Assembly (NCBI GenBank): GCA_013239625.1 | Contig: MU054338.1 | Span: 1,924,001-1,988,000, forward strand | Source of the DNA: Lama guanicoe | Taxonomy: Eukaryota | Direction: 5' to 3' | DNA length: 64,000 nt | Part shown: in pieces, positions 34,059-47,058 of the stretch | How the letters are laid out: each line of letters begins with the position of its first letter | Numbering within the stretch: position 1 is the first letter of the stretch | The notes under the pieces: model-generated | The model's input: only the letters and a program-made list of their open reading frames with translations | What the model was told of the DNA's origin: nothing | Databases searched by the model: none | Position numbers and translations under genes: made by a program

Positions 34059-37000
34059 GGCAATATTTGAACACATCAAAAATAACAAAAAAATTTCCAT
34101 GATGAACAAAATGTCAAAATTCTAAATAAAAATGGGGTCCAGCCGTGCACTAGTGTACCCTGCTTTACTTGCTCTCCTCTTCCCAGCCCTGTGGCAGCTG
34201 CTCCCTGCAGTCCCCAGCCCAGTAACGTGGTCCACGTTTTCCTGGCTACATGGGACTCATCACCATCTAGGCTGTGATGTCTTCATGTATTTATTGGTTG
34301 GCTTTCTCCCCAACTAGAGTGTCAACTCTAGGAGGGAGAGATTTCTGTCTGTCTTGGTCACAGCCGTGCCCTTAGCATATAGAACAGTGCCTGGCTCACT
34401 GTAAGTACTGAATAAGTGGTGAATGAATGTATTGTAAGGATCCCCTGAGTTGCTGGGAGAACTAAATAAGATAGGACTCAGAAAGCATTTAGCATTCATG
34501 GCTGACACCTGACATCCTAGATGTACGGTTTCTAGCTTAGTAGAATCCTCTGATTGGCCAGGCTTGGGTCACATAATTACCCTGATTCAAGACTTATTGT
34601 CTGAATACATGCTCTGATTGGCCAGATTTAGTTCACATAACTTTCCAAATCCACTCAGTGAGAAAATGAGTGATGATTATATCAAATTATATTTTCCCTT
34701 CTCCTACCTTCCTTTGTTTAACAAATGCCTCCTATTTGCCAGGCTGTTTGCCATGGGAAAAGGATGGGAAATAAACTGACATTAACCAGGCACTTATTAT
34801 GTGCCCAGGTTGCTTCTGATTTTCTTTTCTAGCACTACAGTGCGAGGCACCTGGACATGGAAGGTCAGACCTACCTGAGGGCCTTTGCACTTGCTGTTCC
34901 CTCTGCCTAGAATGCTCTTCCTTAGCTTTTCCTATGGACTTAATCCTTCTTGTCAGCTTAAATAGCAGTTCCTCAGAGAGGCCTTCCCTGACCAGTCCAA
35001 TGGGGAAAAAAACTCATTCTTTATTATATCACCTTGTTTTATTATTTAAAATAGCATTTCTCACTTGGAAATGATCATGTTTAATTGCTGTCTTCTTTAT
35101 TATCTGTCAGCCTTGTGAAATTAAAGGTTCCCTGAGAGCCTGTCTTGTTCACTGCTGTGTCCCAGCACACAGCTTGCTCTGGAAAAGGATTGATACTCGG
35201 GACAAAAATCAGGTTGTGAAATGAGTGAGTGAGGTAGTAATTATTATCCCCATATTTCAGATAAGGAAACTGAGGCTCAGAAAGGGGCAATGATAGATTC
35301 TGCTATTTATGTATCTTTGGAATCCCTGTCTTTTCCTCCACCCCCAGAGCTATCACTCAAGAAGAATGTTTGAAGACCTACTGTGTGCTTGACCCTGGTC
35401 TAGATGCTAGGGATACAGTGATCCACATTGACCCCAACCTTACAGTCTATCAGGGAACCAGATAGGAATTAAATAACTATGCAAACAAATACGCTGCTAT
35501 AATCTATCAATGATCACACTGGTCCCAGCTTCACACATGTACCCAGAATCCAATTGTTTCTCACCACCTAGAGTTACTAGCCTGATGCAAGTCAGCACCA
35601 TTTTGCTCAGTGCAGTTGTCTCTCATTTTGTTTAGGATTTTTTTAGTGCAAGTGACAAAAAGAAACAAATGAACAAACAAACGAAAAACTGAAACGGCTT
35701 AAGTGCATGGAATGGAACATCCAGAAAGTTAGTGCTGACTTCAGGCATGGCTTGATCCAGGGCCAGGGGTTCTGTGTCTCTCCACTCTCAGCTTTTCTGT
35801 GCTCTGTGTTGTCTTTATTCCTGGGACAGTTGTCTCCCATAGTGGCCAGCAGGCTCCCGCAGCTCTAGGCTTCCATCCTGACAGCTCAGCAACCCCAGCT
35901 GGTTCCTTCTACTTAATTACAGCCTAAGTCCTAGGGCTCATTCTCACTGGCCAGGCTCAGGTCATGTGACACCCTGATTTCCCTCATTATGGCCTGAGTT
36001 GACTGCTTTGATTGGCCATTCTTGGGTCACATGGTTTTCCCTGTTTAAATTTTTTTAAAGGTGTGATTGACACATACCATTATATTAGTTGCAGGGGTAC
36101 AACACAATGATTCGATATTTGTATACATGTGGAGATGTGGTCACCACAATAAAACTAGTTAACAATCTCACCATACACAGTTACAGAACACTTTTTTCTT
36201 GTGATGAGGACTTTAAAGATCTACCCCCTTAGCAACTTGCAAATCTGCAGCACGTCTTAGCACCTGCAGTCCCATGCTGTACATTGCATCCGTAGGACTT
36301 ATTTACGCTGGAAGTTTGTACCTTCTGCCCATCCCCCCACTCAATCTTAAAGGCCTAGAGGGAAATGCTCTGATTGGGCAGAATGAGATCACATGACTGA
36401 CTTCATTGCCCCCCACGCCTGTGGCTGGGAGGAATGCTCGGATTGATTGAGTCACGCGGCTCCATCAAAGTAAGTGGGTGGGGCCAGGCCCAGTAGAACC
36501 ACCTGGGGGGAAAGTGAGGGGGAGATGCTCCGCCGTGGGAAACCACAGGCATCGGGGCTCCGTGTGAAATGGGACACGGGGGCGGGGGAGGCGGGAGACG
36601 GTGGACTGGAGGGAAAGATGCCGACCGGGGTTCAGATCCTTTAAGGTGCAACTTCTGTGCAACCTCCAAGCCTTGATATTCCTTCCTCATAAAATGGGAA
36701 CCCTCTATTTAAAAAAATGGGGACTATGGCAAGAGAACGAAGAGAATGTAGGGGAGGGACATGATCAACGTTTCCATGACTTCTTCAGCCTCGCCCCCGC
36801 CCGTGCCACCCCGACCACCCTTGGACTGGTTGCTCAGCTCACCATCAGGTCCTGGGCTAGACCTTCCAAACCAATGTTTTAAAAAGATAGATGCTGTTAC
36901 TATTACGAACCCGTTGTACAGTTGAGGACACCAGCTCAGTGAGGAGCAGCGACTCGTGCAAAGACTCGGAACCAGGACGTGGAGCAGCCAAGGCTGGGGC

Positions 37001-38669
37001 GCAGGCCCGTGGGACTCTCCGCTGTCCGTCCCCCGCAACGTAAAGCGGTCAGAGGGAGCTGGGTTTTTTATTTTAAGTTTACTTTTCCTTTTGGCTTTTT
37101 ATTTTGACATAATTTAAGGTTTACAGAAAAGTTGCAAAAATAGTACAAAGAACTCTCAGATGCCCTTCACCCAGATTCCCCAAGTGTGGCTCTTTTTTTT
37201 TTTTAACCACATTTGCTCTCTCTCTCTCTTTCTCTCTCCTTTTTAATCCATTTGAGATTTTATTGTGGGCATAATGCTACCTTAACCCCAAATTCTCAGC
37301 AGGTGGTATTTTCTACCAACGAGGACACTGTGTTGCAGAACCACAGTGTCATGGTCAAAAATGTGTGGTCAAGAGAATAATATTGAGCCAGTGTTTTTTA
37401 CCTGGTCTGTGGTCCACATTCAGATTTCACAGTTGCCCCGATACTGCCCTTTACAGCAAAAGGAAATCCTGGGCTGCAAAGTGTGTCGGAGTCTCACATC
37501 CGTCAGGCTCCTTCCACCCAGAACAGTTCCCGGACTTGCCTTGTACTCAGGACACTGGCGGCTTTGAGGACTGCAGCCCAGCTGTCCTGCACACTGCCCC
37601 TCAGTTCGTGTTTGTGTGGTGTCTCCTCTCAGTCACAGTCAGGCTGCGCACTTTTGGCAGGGATCTCCTGGGAGTGGCGCTGTGTCCTCCTCGGGGCGTT
37701 GTGGCGGGACGTGCATAAAGCCTGTCTGTGCCACCTCCGGTGATGTCAGCCGGGCCGTGGTGGTTGCTGTCTTCCCTTTCTAAGTCATGGGGACCTGGTG
37801 AGGACATACTCGGGACCAGGTAAACATCCTGTCTCTCCTCAGGCTGTCGCTGATCCGCTTCGCTTTCTCACTTGAGTCATTATCACAGTGGTGCCATGGG
37901 CAGTAATCTGAAATTATCTACTGAGATGCTCAAACTGTCCCCTATTCAGAAGCCCCTCTGAGGTGGCCCCTGTGTCATCTGACATGTCCCCACATTTCTC
38001 TGAGCACTTCCTTATGTTCTGGGCCTGCAAGATGTTCCAAGCTCACCTTGTCCCTTCCCTGCTCCACACTTGGCATCAGTCACCTCTTGGCAGAGCTTGG
38101 TTCCTGCTGATGGAGAATGGTGTTTAGAAACCAAAATCTGGTTGCTGGGTGTGCTCAGACTAGTGGGACTTTGCTGCTCTCAGGCCCTTCCAGTGAGCAG
38201 AGCTGGAAAATACACACACAGATGGATTCATGTATTTACATCGAAAGCTGTCTGTCTGTCTATCTTTCCATCCATCCGTCCATCCAGGTTAGGAACTGCG
38301 AGTTCACACTGATCCCTCCAATTCCATTCCATCACCCCAGGATTTATTCCTTCCCTCCTTCCATATTTTAACAATTCCCTTCTTCAGCAGGGTGAACCCG
38401 GCTCAGAGGGAGAGTTTTGAAAACAGAAATGGGGTCATGTCCTTCCTGTTCAAGACTGTCCCTGGGTTTCCTGATGCATTTTACTATATATATATATTAT
38501 ATATATTAATATATATAAATTTTTTTACAAAATGAAATGATTTTATTGTAAAATTTTCAAAGGCAGAAAACTAAATGTAGTATTTATTCTGTCCACTTCA
38601 TTGTACCGTGTATTTCAGTTGCCTGTGAATGAAAAATAAAGAAATCTATAATTTTGAGCTTAAGGTTTT

Positions 38670-38775
38670 AAAAACATGGAACATATCACGAATCTGCGAG
38701 TCATCCTTGCATAGGGGCCATGCTAGTCTTCTCCGTGTTGTTCTAATCTTAGTAATACATTGCTGAAGTGAGCTC
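38670..38775 (-). pseudogene. Full-length U6 snRNA retropseudogene
   Basis: Minus strand GAGCTCACTTCAGCA...AGAAGACTAGCATGGCCCCTATGCAAGGATGACTCGCAGATTCGTGATATGTTCCATGTTTTT aligns end to end with U6; ACAGAGA box mutated to ACGGAGA; no PSE/TATA upstream. Confidence 0.95.
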
Positions 38776-39667
38776 CCCGATGCATTTTCAGTGATACCCA
38801 AAGTCCCCTGGGGACCCACGAGGCCCTTCAGGACCTGCCTCACCCCCGCCCTGCCCTCACCTCCTCTCTCTCCCTCATTCACTCTGCTCCACGTGGACAT
38901 CCTTGATGTTCCTGCAACGTGCCAGGCATGGTCCTGCCCCAGGGCCTTTGTGCGCACTGTTCTCTCTGCCTCAGAGGCACTTCCTCCAGGTCTCAGCTCA
39001 GCGTCGCCCTCAAACAGACCACCTTGGACTTTCCTAGAAGAACCTGACCTCCATTCACTCACCCTTCTCTGTTTTTCTTTACAGCAACATCTCTGCCTTT
39101 ATGTTTCACTTCTGTGCCTGTTGTCTGCACCAGAGCCTCAGCTCCACGAGGCAGGGGTTTAGCATCTTTCACTCCCTGCACAGAGCTGGTCACACAGCAG
39201 GTGCTCGGTAAGTCTTGGTCAACACGAAAATCCTCTTTCTCGGGATTAGGCTGCACGGGCAAGTCAGGATGCAGCTTCAACAGGTGGGCTGCAATGAGAC
39301 ACCACAGCCCAGGAGGTTAGTAAACAACAGACGTTTATTCCTTGCAGTTCCAGAGGCTGGAAAGCCCCAGATCAAGGTCCCGGGCAGTTTGGCTGCTGGC
39401 GAGGGCCCTGTTCCTGGCCCGCAGATGGCCACCTTCTCCCTGTGTCTCACTTGGCCCTTCCTCCGTGTACACATGAGGACTTAACTCTCTCTCTCCCACT
39501 TTTTTTTTAATCGAAGTTGAGTTGATTTACACTGTTGTGTTCATTTTTGGTGTACAGCATAGTGAATCAGTTATACACATACATTCTTTTCCATATTTTT
39601 TATTATAGGTATTGCAAGTTATTAAATGTAGTTTTCTGTGTTGTTTAAACTTTGGTTTTTGAAATTC

Positions 39668-39814
39668 TTTTTTGTTGTTGTTGTTGTTTTGGGGGAGAGT
39701 AATTAGGTTTATTTATATATTTAGTTAGTAATTTTTATGGCGGTTCTACGGATTGAGTCCAGGGCCTTACGCGTGCTAGGCACAGGCTCTGCCACTGAGC
39801 TGTACCCTCCCCCC
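39668..39814 (-). mobile_element. tRNA-derived SINE, same family
   Basis: Minus strand GGGGGGAGGGTACAGCTCAGTGGCAGAG... with AAACCTAATTAC tail motif. Confidence 0.8.
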
Positions 39815-39927
39815 GTCCATCTGATATGCAGTGTTTGTACCTGTTAATCCCAAACTCCTACTTTATCCCTCCCCACCCCTTCCCCCTTTAGTAACGACAA
39901 GTTTGTTTTCTATGGCTGTGAGTCTCT

Positions 39928-40043
39928 CTCTCTCTTTTTTTTTTAGTGTTTTTTTTTTGCAGGGGTAATTAGGTTTATTTATTTTTAGAGGAGCTACTGG
40001 GGATTGAACCCAGCGCTCTGCCACTTGAGCTAAACCCTCCCCT
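39928..40043 (-). mobile_element. tRNA-derived SINE, internally deleted copy with target-site duplication
   Basis: CTGTGAGTCTCT at 39916-39927 and 40044-40055; central tRNA arm missing. Confidence 0.8.
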
Positions 40044-41569
40044 CTGTGAGTCTCTTTCTGTTTTGTCAATGCGTTCATTCGTACCATTTTTTTTAGGTTC
40101 CACATACAGTGATATCATATGATACTTGTCTTTATCTGACTTACTTCACTTGGTGGGACCGTCTCTAGGCCCATCGGCGTTGTTGCAGATGCCATGTTTC
40201 TCCTCCTCTTCTTGCAAGGACACCGATCCTGTTGGATTAGGGCTCTGTTCTTATAACCTCATTTAACTGGAATTACCTCCTAAAGGTTCCATCTCCAAGC
40301 GCAGTCACATTTGGGGGTCACAGCTTCCACACAGGAATTTGGGGGGATATTATTCAGTCCGCAGCACAGCTCCGCTGCGTTCTGCTCTGGCAGCCGGACG
40401 CAGCGGTGCCCCTGGGAGGTGACTGAGCAGGGCTGTCTGCGGTGCACGTCACATGTGCCAAGCCCTGGCACCGGGAGGGGACAGCAGGATGGCTCCTGGC
40501 AGAGGAGGCAGGTGCGTACCTGGTGGCTACTCTGATGCGGCTGTTCCCAACGAGGGGCGATTCTGCCTCCAGGGGACATTTGGCAACATCGGGTGACACC
40601 TGTGGTGGTCACACTGGAAAGGCTCCTGGCATCGAATGGGTGAGGGCCGGGGAGGCTGCTCCACACCCTCCCAGGGCCCAGGACATCCCACAGAGGACTG
40701 TCCCCCAATGCTAGCAGTGCTGAGAGTGGGAGACCTGGCTCCTCTGATGAGAGCCAAATAGCAAACAGAGAGAAGAGGTTCTGGAGTTTTTCCAGGAAGA
40801 TTTATAACAGTGGAACTGACCTTGGCGGGGACTGAGTTTCCCCCCAAATGAAGGATGTGGGGGTTACCGGGGTGTCCACTGATCCGATTGGAGAAGACAG
40901 CTCGCACAGAGGCCAGGAGAGGGGAACACAACTGCTGAGACTGGGGCGCATGGAGGGGGCTGGCGGGGAGGGTGGTCCCCAGGGGCAGACCACCCAGGGC
41001 CCTGGGCTCTGCATTCATTTGGAGGGTGCTGGGGCCACGCAAGGCTTTTGAGTATCGCGAGAGGGCACCACCATCTGATATGGCTTTTGAAACCTCTGTC
41101 TGGCTGTTTCCAGGAGAGCAGGAAACAGGGCTGCCTTGGGACCTGGTGGGTCTCTTCCTGTATGAAAATGGTGAAATTTCTGTTTTACGTGGTGTTGGTA
41201 TGCAGACAGATACCCCGCATGCTGGATGCGTGATGATATATTCGTGATTATTAGATTCATTGTTTTCTTCCCATTTTAAAGGAAATTAAAACAGTGGGCC
41301 CCTAAAAGCATCATGGACCCTGGGCACTGTGCACAGTGAAGACGTTGGTCCTGGAGGAGGAAGATCGGGGGAGCAGAAGGGAGTTGGGTGGGCGGAGGTG
41401 GGGTGGGGGCTGGACTTGAGTGAGACTCTGCAGGGTGGGTGTTGGCATGGATGGGGCTGGCAGGATGAGGCTGGCGGGCCCGTCGTGGGAGTGAGCTGCT
41501 CTGGGAGACAGTGCTGGGGGTGGCTTCTGAGTTCACTTTTGGACATGCTGGGTTTGAGAACCCTGCGAA

Positions 41570-43180
41570 ATGCCCACAGAAAAGTCAAGGGGGAACAAAA
41601 TAGATTTACTGGACTTCATCGAAATGAATAACTAAATTTTTTTTAATTTTGGGAGAAGGTAATTAGGTTTATTTATTTTTTCATTTTTTTAAATGGAGGG
41701 ACTGGGGATAGAAACTAGAACCTCGTGCGTGCTGAGCACGTGCTTACCACTGAGCTGCACCCTCCGCGCTGAAATGAACACCTTTCGTGCGTTGAAGACC
41801 ACCACCCAGAGAATGGGAAGAGCTCGTGGAGTGGGAGGAATCCTCGCAGACTCTGTATCTGATAAGGTTCCGTGATCCAGAACAGGTAAAGAACGCCGCC
41901 GGTGCAATAGCAAAGCAAAATGCACCGCCTAGTGAAGCGCGGACAGAGGGTTTGAACGACGCTTCTCCAAGATGACACACAAATGGCCAAAAAGCACAGA
42001 AAAAGATGCTCAGCATCACCAACCATCAGGGACGTGTAAATCGAAACCGCCATGAGACACCACCTCACACTCCTAAGGATGGTTATTGTCAGAAGATGGA
42101 AAATTACACATCCTGGCGAGGATGCGAAGGACTTGGAAGCCTCGTGCATGACTGGTGGGAATGCAAAATGGTGCAGCCGCGGTGGGAGACAGCCTGGCGG
42201 TTCCTCAAAAAGTTGAACATAGACCCAGCGTATGACCCAGCAATGCCACTCCTCGGTCTAGACTCAAGAGAATTTAAAAAGCAAGGATTTAAACAGATAT
42301 TTGTACACCAGTGTTCATAAGAGTATTGTTCACAGTAGCCAGGAATAGAAGCAACTCTCCATCAACAGAGAAATAGATAAACAAGAGTTCACTGTCTTAA
42401 CCAATTTTAAGTATACGATTCAGCGGCATTAAGCCCATTCACACTGGTGTGCAACCACCCCCACCCTCCATCTCCAGAACTGTCTCGTCTTCCCAAGCTG
42501 AAACTCTGTCCCCATGAAACACGCACTCCCCAGCCCCTCCCCCAGCCCCTGGCCCCACCATCTACTTTCTGTCTCTGGATGTGACTCCTCTAGGTTCTCC
42601 TGTGAGTGGACTCAGAGTATTTGTCCTTCTGTGTCTGGCTTATTTCATGCAACATCTCTTAAATAAGCCCTGTCCCCATGAGTAGTCACCCCCCCCAGCC
42701 CCTGACAACCAGGAGCCCCCTCTCTGGGGACTGGCCTGTTCCGGACGCCTCACATCCGTGGACTCACACAGTGTGTCCTCCTGTGCCTGCTTCTCCCCCT
42801 GAGCACCGTGCTCTCAGGGTCCGTCCCTGTGGTGGCGGGTGTCAGGGCTGCTCTCCTGGTCATGGCTGAGTGATGTCCCGGTGTGGAGGGACCACATTTT
42901 GTTCATGCGTTCATTCACTGATGAACATCTGGGGTGTTGCTACTTTTTGGCTCCTGTGCGTCTGTGAATAGTCATGTACAGGTTTTTGTGGAGACACCCG
43001 TTTTCATTTCTCCTGGGTTGGTACCTGGGAGTGGAATTGCTGTGTCAGATGGAAACTCCACGTTGAACTTTTGAAGAAACCACCAAACCGTTTTCCACGG
43101 CGACTGCCGTTTTCCATCCCCAGCAGCCATGTAGGAGGTTTCCGATCTCCCCACATCCTCGCCAGGACTGTTACAAGTGC
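41570..43180. mobile_element. L1M cluster: plus-strand 3' ORF2 remnant (41570-42385) then minus-strand 3' UTR pieces
   Basis: Degenerate L1 ORF2 C-terminal peptide (WWECKMVQP..WRFLKKLNI..YDPAMPLLG) in ORF 42006..42320. Confidence 0.8.
41636..41768 (-). mobile_element. tRNA-derived SINE inserted in an L1 fragment
   Basis: Same head and AAACCTAATTAC tail motif as the other copies. Confidence 0.8.
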
Positions 43181-45199
43181 TTGCAACTTTTGAACCTGAC
43201 GTCAGTGCCTCGCTCATCTTGCCCGAGTCCAGGCCAGCAGGGAGCCTGTTCTGTCTACACCTCGGAAACCCCGGGAGAGAAAAACAAACAAACGGGGGAA
43301 ATGATGCTGCACGTGGCACAGGTCTCCGATGTGCTGGGAGCCGTTCTCAGCCTTCTCCACACCTTCATTTATTTGCTGGTGACCCATTTTGCAGATGGGG
43401 ACAGTCGGGGCTTAGGGAGGGTGTGGCCCGGCAAGAGGTCACCCAGCCCAGCAGGGGCTGGGAACTCGGGCCTCTAGACCTTGTCACCCCCCACCCCAAG
43501 CCTGACAATGAACATGTTTTGTTTTTGTCAGTGCGCTCTGGTAGCACCCTTGGGAGCCTGGCGTTGGCAGGGCTGGGAGCCACTGTTGGGGTGTTTAAAG
43601 ACCTTTAAAAGGTGTTCCCAGCATGTCCCTGGGGCTGCACGATAATTAGGTATGATGATCAGGAGGCCAACTCCAGCAAGCATGTCTCTGGGGACACCTG
43701 GGGACATTTGGGGACTGTGGGGGAGCAAGGACGTGTGGCTGCCCACCTGGCCTGCCCTCCAGAGGCCCCCACTGCCTCTCTCGAGGTGCCTAAGGGCCAA
43801 GTGCCTGCCGCGGCTCTGCAGCCCGAGGACTGTGTGGCCCTGGACCATTGTCTGTCCCTCTCCGGGCCTCTGCATTCCCATCCTGTGTAGCAGGTGAGGG
43901 TCAAGTGCCAAGCCCGCGGGACCTGCACCGCTGTCCTCACGCCCTGGTGCCCCTGCCCCTCCCCCTAACCAGTCAGTGTCCCCTTCGCTGTGAGAGGCCA
44001 GGGTCGGCCAAGACCTCCTATCGCCAGAGCTGTCCCCGAGCAGGGCCCGGTGATCACTCCTGCTTTACAGCTGAGGAAACGGAGGCCCAGAGCCCCCGAG
44101 GGTCTGAGAAAGGCCCCGGCCTGTGAGTGGGAGAGCCAGGATTTGAACCCCGACCTCCCCCCCCCGCACCAGCCCGCGTTCCCGCCGCGCCGCTGCGCGG
44201 GCCACACTTGCAGCATTTCGCGTCGACGCCGCGGGAAAAGCGGTGTCCGTCCCGGCGGGGGCCGCGCTGAGCCCTGGCCCGGCTCGGGGGCCTTCGGGGG
44301 GGACTCGGGTTCGGTGGGGTCATGAGGGTGGGGCCCTCGGTGGGTGGGTGTCCCGCCGTCCCCGCCGCGGCCTCGGGCTCGGCTCCGCCTCCCGGACCGT
44401 GAGGAAGTGCGTGGCGGTTGTTCCAGGCGCTCGGGCTGCGGTGTTCCGTCATGTGCCCCGCGCAGACAAGGGAGTAAGTCAAGGAATTCAGTCCCCAGAA
44501 CAGTCCCAGGAGGAAGTGGGTATAGTGGACCCAGAGGCTCAGAGAGGGCAAGACACACCCCTGAGGTCACAGAGCCCGGAGTCGACAGAGACAAGATACG
44601 AACTCCAGTCTGGATGGTTCTCAGCCTTGCCCGGATCTCACCCCAAGTCAGTCTTGGGAGGCAGTGTAGCCTCCCAGTGAATAGACAGAAGTGGGTTCCA
44701 ACCCTCACTCTGGCCTTCTACTTGCTGAGTGACTGGGACTAGGGCATGTCCTCTGTCTGCACCTCTGTTTCCTCATCTGCAAACAGGAATCCTAACAGCT
44801 CCAGAAAGCTGTGAGGATGGAATGAAATCAGGCATGCAGGTGTCCTAGCTGGCCGTTAGCTCAGAGTAAGAGCACTTGGTAAAAAAATGTTTTTAGTTTA
44901 AAATTTAAAAAAAATTAAAAAGAGCACTTGGGCAGCTGTCCTCTCTGAACCTCAATTTCTTCTATTAAATGAGTATAATGTCAGTGCCTGCCTGTATACA
45001 ATACCTGAGGCAAAGACTTGAGTCGATAGGAGTAAAGTGCTCAGAACAAGGTCTGCTGTCAGTAAGTGCTTAATTTATAATAATTAAAAAAAATGCTCAT
45101 AAATGCAAACACATCCACCACCGCGGAGACACACAACACCTACAGACACACACACGTGGGGTCCCTCCTGCCCAAGGATGAGTGGCTGTTTGCTCTACC

Positions 45200-46880
45200 A
45201 ACTGGACTGTCCACCTGGGTCCCCACAGAGCGCCCACGCCCACCTGCATTAAATGTAAATCAGTCAGAATGAAAGGAAATTTAAAAATTGGGCTCCTCTG
45301 TTGCACAGGCCACATCTCTGGGGTCCATTCGCCACTGCCGCCACCACCCTGGACAGTGAAGACTTAGAAGGTGCCCATCCTCTTTCACCACGGCAGGCCA
45401 TTCTGTGCAGAGCGCGGCTTTGAACGTCCTAGAGCAGTGGTTTTCAGCCTCGGGTGGTTCTGTCCCCAGGGGACAGTGGATGATGCCAGGGGACATCTGT
45501 GGTCATCATGCCTGGGGGCTCCTGGCTTCCAGTGGGTGGAGGCCGGGAAGCTGCTTCACACCCCACCAGGCCCGGCCCCCCACCCCCCAGCATGACCCGG
45601 CCCCACGTCAGCGGGGCTGGGGGGACCCTGGAGGAGGGCAGTAGGTCTCAAATGGGTCCCCAGACCAGGGTGGCAGCATCACCTGGGAGCTTGGAAGACA
45701 TGCAAACTCTCTGGCCCCACCCCCAGCCAGGAATGCTGCTCACATCCAGGCACAGGACGGCTTGAATGTCCACGGCGCCGAGCGGGAGGGACTGTGGACT
45801 AGAGCTGTGGGAGCCACTAACCATGCACGGTTCTACTCGTTTACCCTGAAATTGATGTAATTAAATGAACTGGAAGATGCCTAACCTCGGATGCCCTGGT
45901 CACATCGCAGGGGCTCAGCGGCCACAAGCGGCTAGCATGCTGGACAGCACCGAGCTGGAATGCTGCCATTCTGGCAGAAAGTGCTGGTGGGCAGCGCCGC
46001 GTGGCGACCCTCCCCGAGGTCAGGCCAGGCGGGCACCGTGGGCCCCGCCCCCAACACGAGCGCCGAGGCCGCGGTTCCACGACCGTCCACAAGGGGGCAG
46101 CGTGTCCCCGGAGCCGGCGCCCCGCGCCGAGACCCAGCACGGAGCTGGCATCCCTCCGCTTGCACTGTCTTGGGGAGCGCGCCCGCCACCGGCCAGGCTC
46201 TGGGCTGGACACCGTGCTGCACTCCGGTCTAGCCCAGTCGGCGCCTGGACATTGGTGCCGGTCATCCTCTGCGGGGCTGTCCTGGGCACTGTGAGGTGTG
46301 GCGCCCCCTCCCTGGCCCAGCCACTCGATGGCAGAAGCCCCCCAGACGTGACAACCACAGATGTCCCCGGACACGGCCCGGTTCCTCTGGTGGGGCAGAA
46401 CTGCCCTGAGAGAGACCCCTCGGGTTAGGGGATTCTATGGACCCCCCAGGAGACTGTGTGCTCCACCACCCAATGACCCACTGAAGTCCTGGGATGCGGC
46501 GCACATTTCAATACACAGCTGAGTGGGAGGGAGGGGAGGTGCCTCACAGACGCTGGGGGGCGCCCTCGCTTACACCGTCGCAGCGTTGGGTGGTGTGGGC
46601 AGGGATCGGATTTATTCCTTCCCCCAATAATTAACACAGGGTCCCTCCCTCTCTATGATATTTGGGGCCAGATCATCCTTGGGGAGGGTGGGTCCTGAGT
46701 GGCACCCCTGGTCCCACTCAGTCGATGCTAGAAGCCCCCCACAGTGTGACAACTGCCAATGTCCCCCGACATCACCCAGCGTCCTCCGGAATCACCCCCA
46801 GTCGTAACAACCAGAAATGTTACCAGCATGGCTGACAGCCCCTTGGTCGGGCAAAATTACCCCCAGCTGGGAATCACCAT
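45200..46880. mobile_element. Cluster of MER3-like and MER20 fragments
   Basis: MER20-like pieces at about 45434-45630 (+), 46240-46420 (-), 46650-46795 (-), 46790-46880 (-); MER3-like at 45200-45430 and 45800-45990. Confidence 0.65.
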
Positions 46881-46930
46881 TCCAGTGACTCAACCCCTCG
46901 CACATACTAATATTTAAATTATGAAATAAC

Positions 46931-47058
46931 GGGGGAGGGTATAGCTCAATGGTACACTGAGTGCTTAGCATGTGTGATGGTCCTGGGTTCACTCCCCACT
47001 ATCTCCATTAAAAAATAATAGTAAAAAATCAAACTTTCCAAAAAAAAACCCCCAAAAA
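46931..47058 (+). mobile_element. tRNA-derived SINE
   Basis: GGGGGAGGGTATAGCTCAATGGTA...GTCCTGGGTTCACTCCCC; TTATGAAATAA on both flanks. Confidence 0.82.

Larger units (their letters stand above)
39250..40365 (-). mobile_element. MLT1 (MaLR) LTR split by an L1 3' fragment (about 39500-40198) that carries two SINEs
   Basis: AAACAACAGACGTTTATT..GAGGCTGGAAAG..AGATCAAGGT on the left; AAGGACACC..GGATTAGGGC..CAGTCACATT on the right. Confidence 0.7.

Noticed and set aside
38670..38775. Functional U6 snRNA gene
   Set aside because: ACAGAGA box mutated, many substitutions, no upstream PSE/TATA, and flanked by a target-site duplication.
42006..42320. 104-aa ORF resembling a reverse-transcriptase protein C-terminus
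   Set aside because: Decayed L1 ORF2 remnant; no intact element.
41570..43180. Twin-primed inverted L1 insertion
   Set aside because: The order and orientation of the pieces do not fit a single twin-priming event and no shared duplication was found; independent insertions are more likely.
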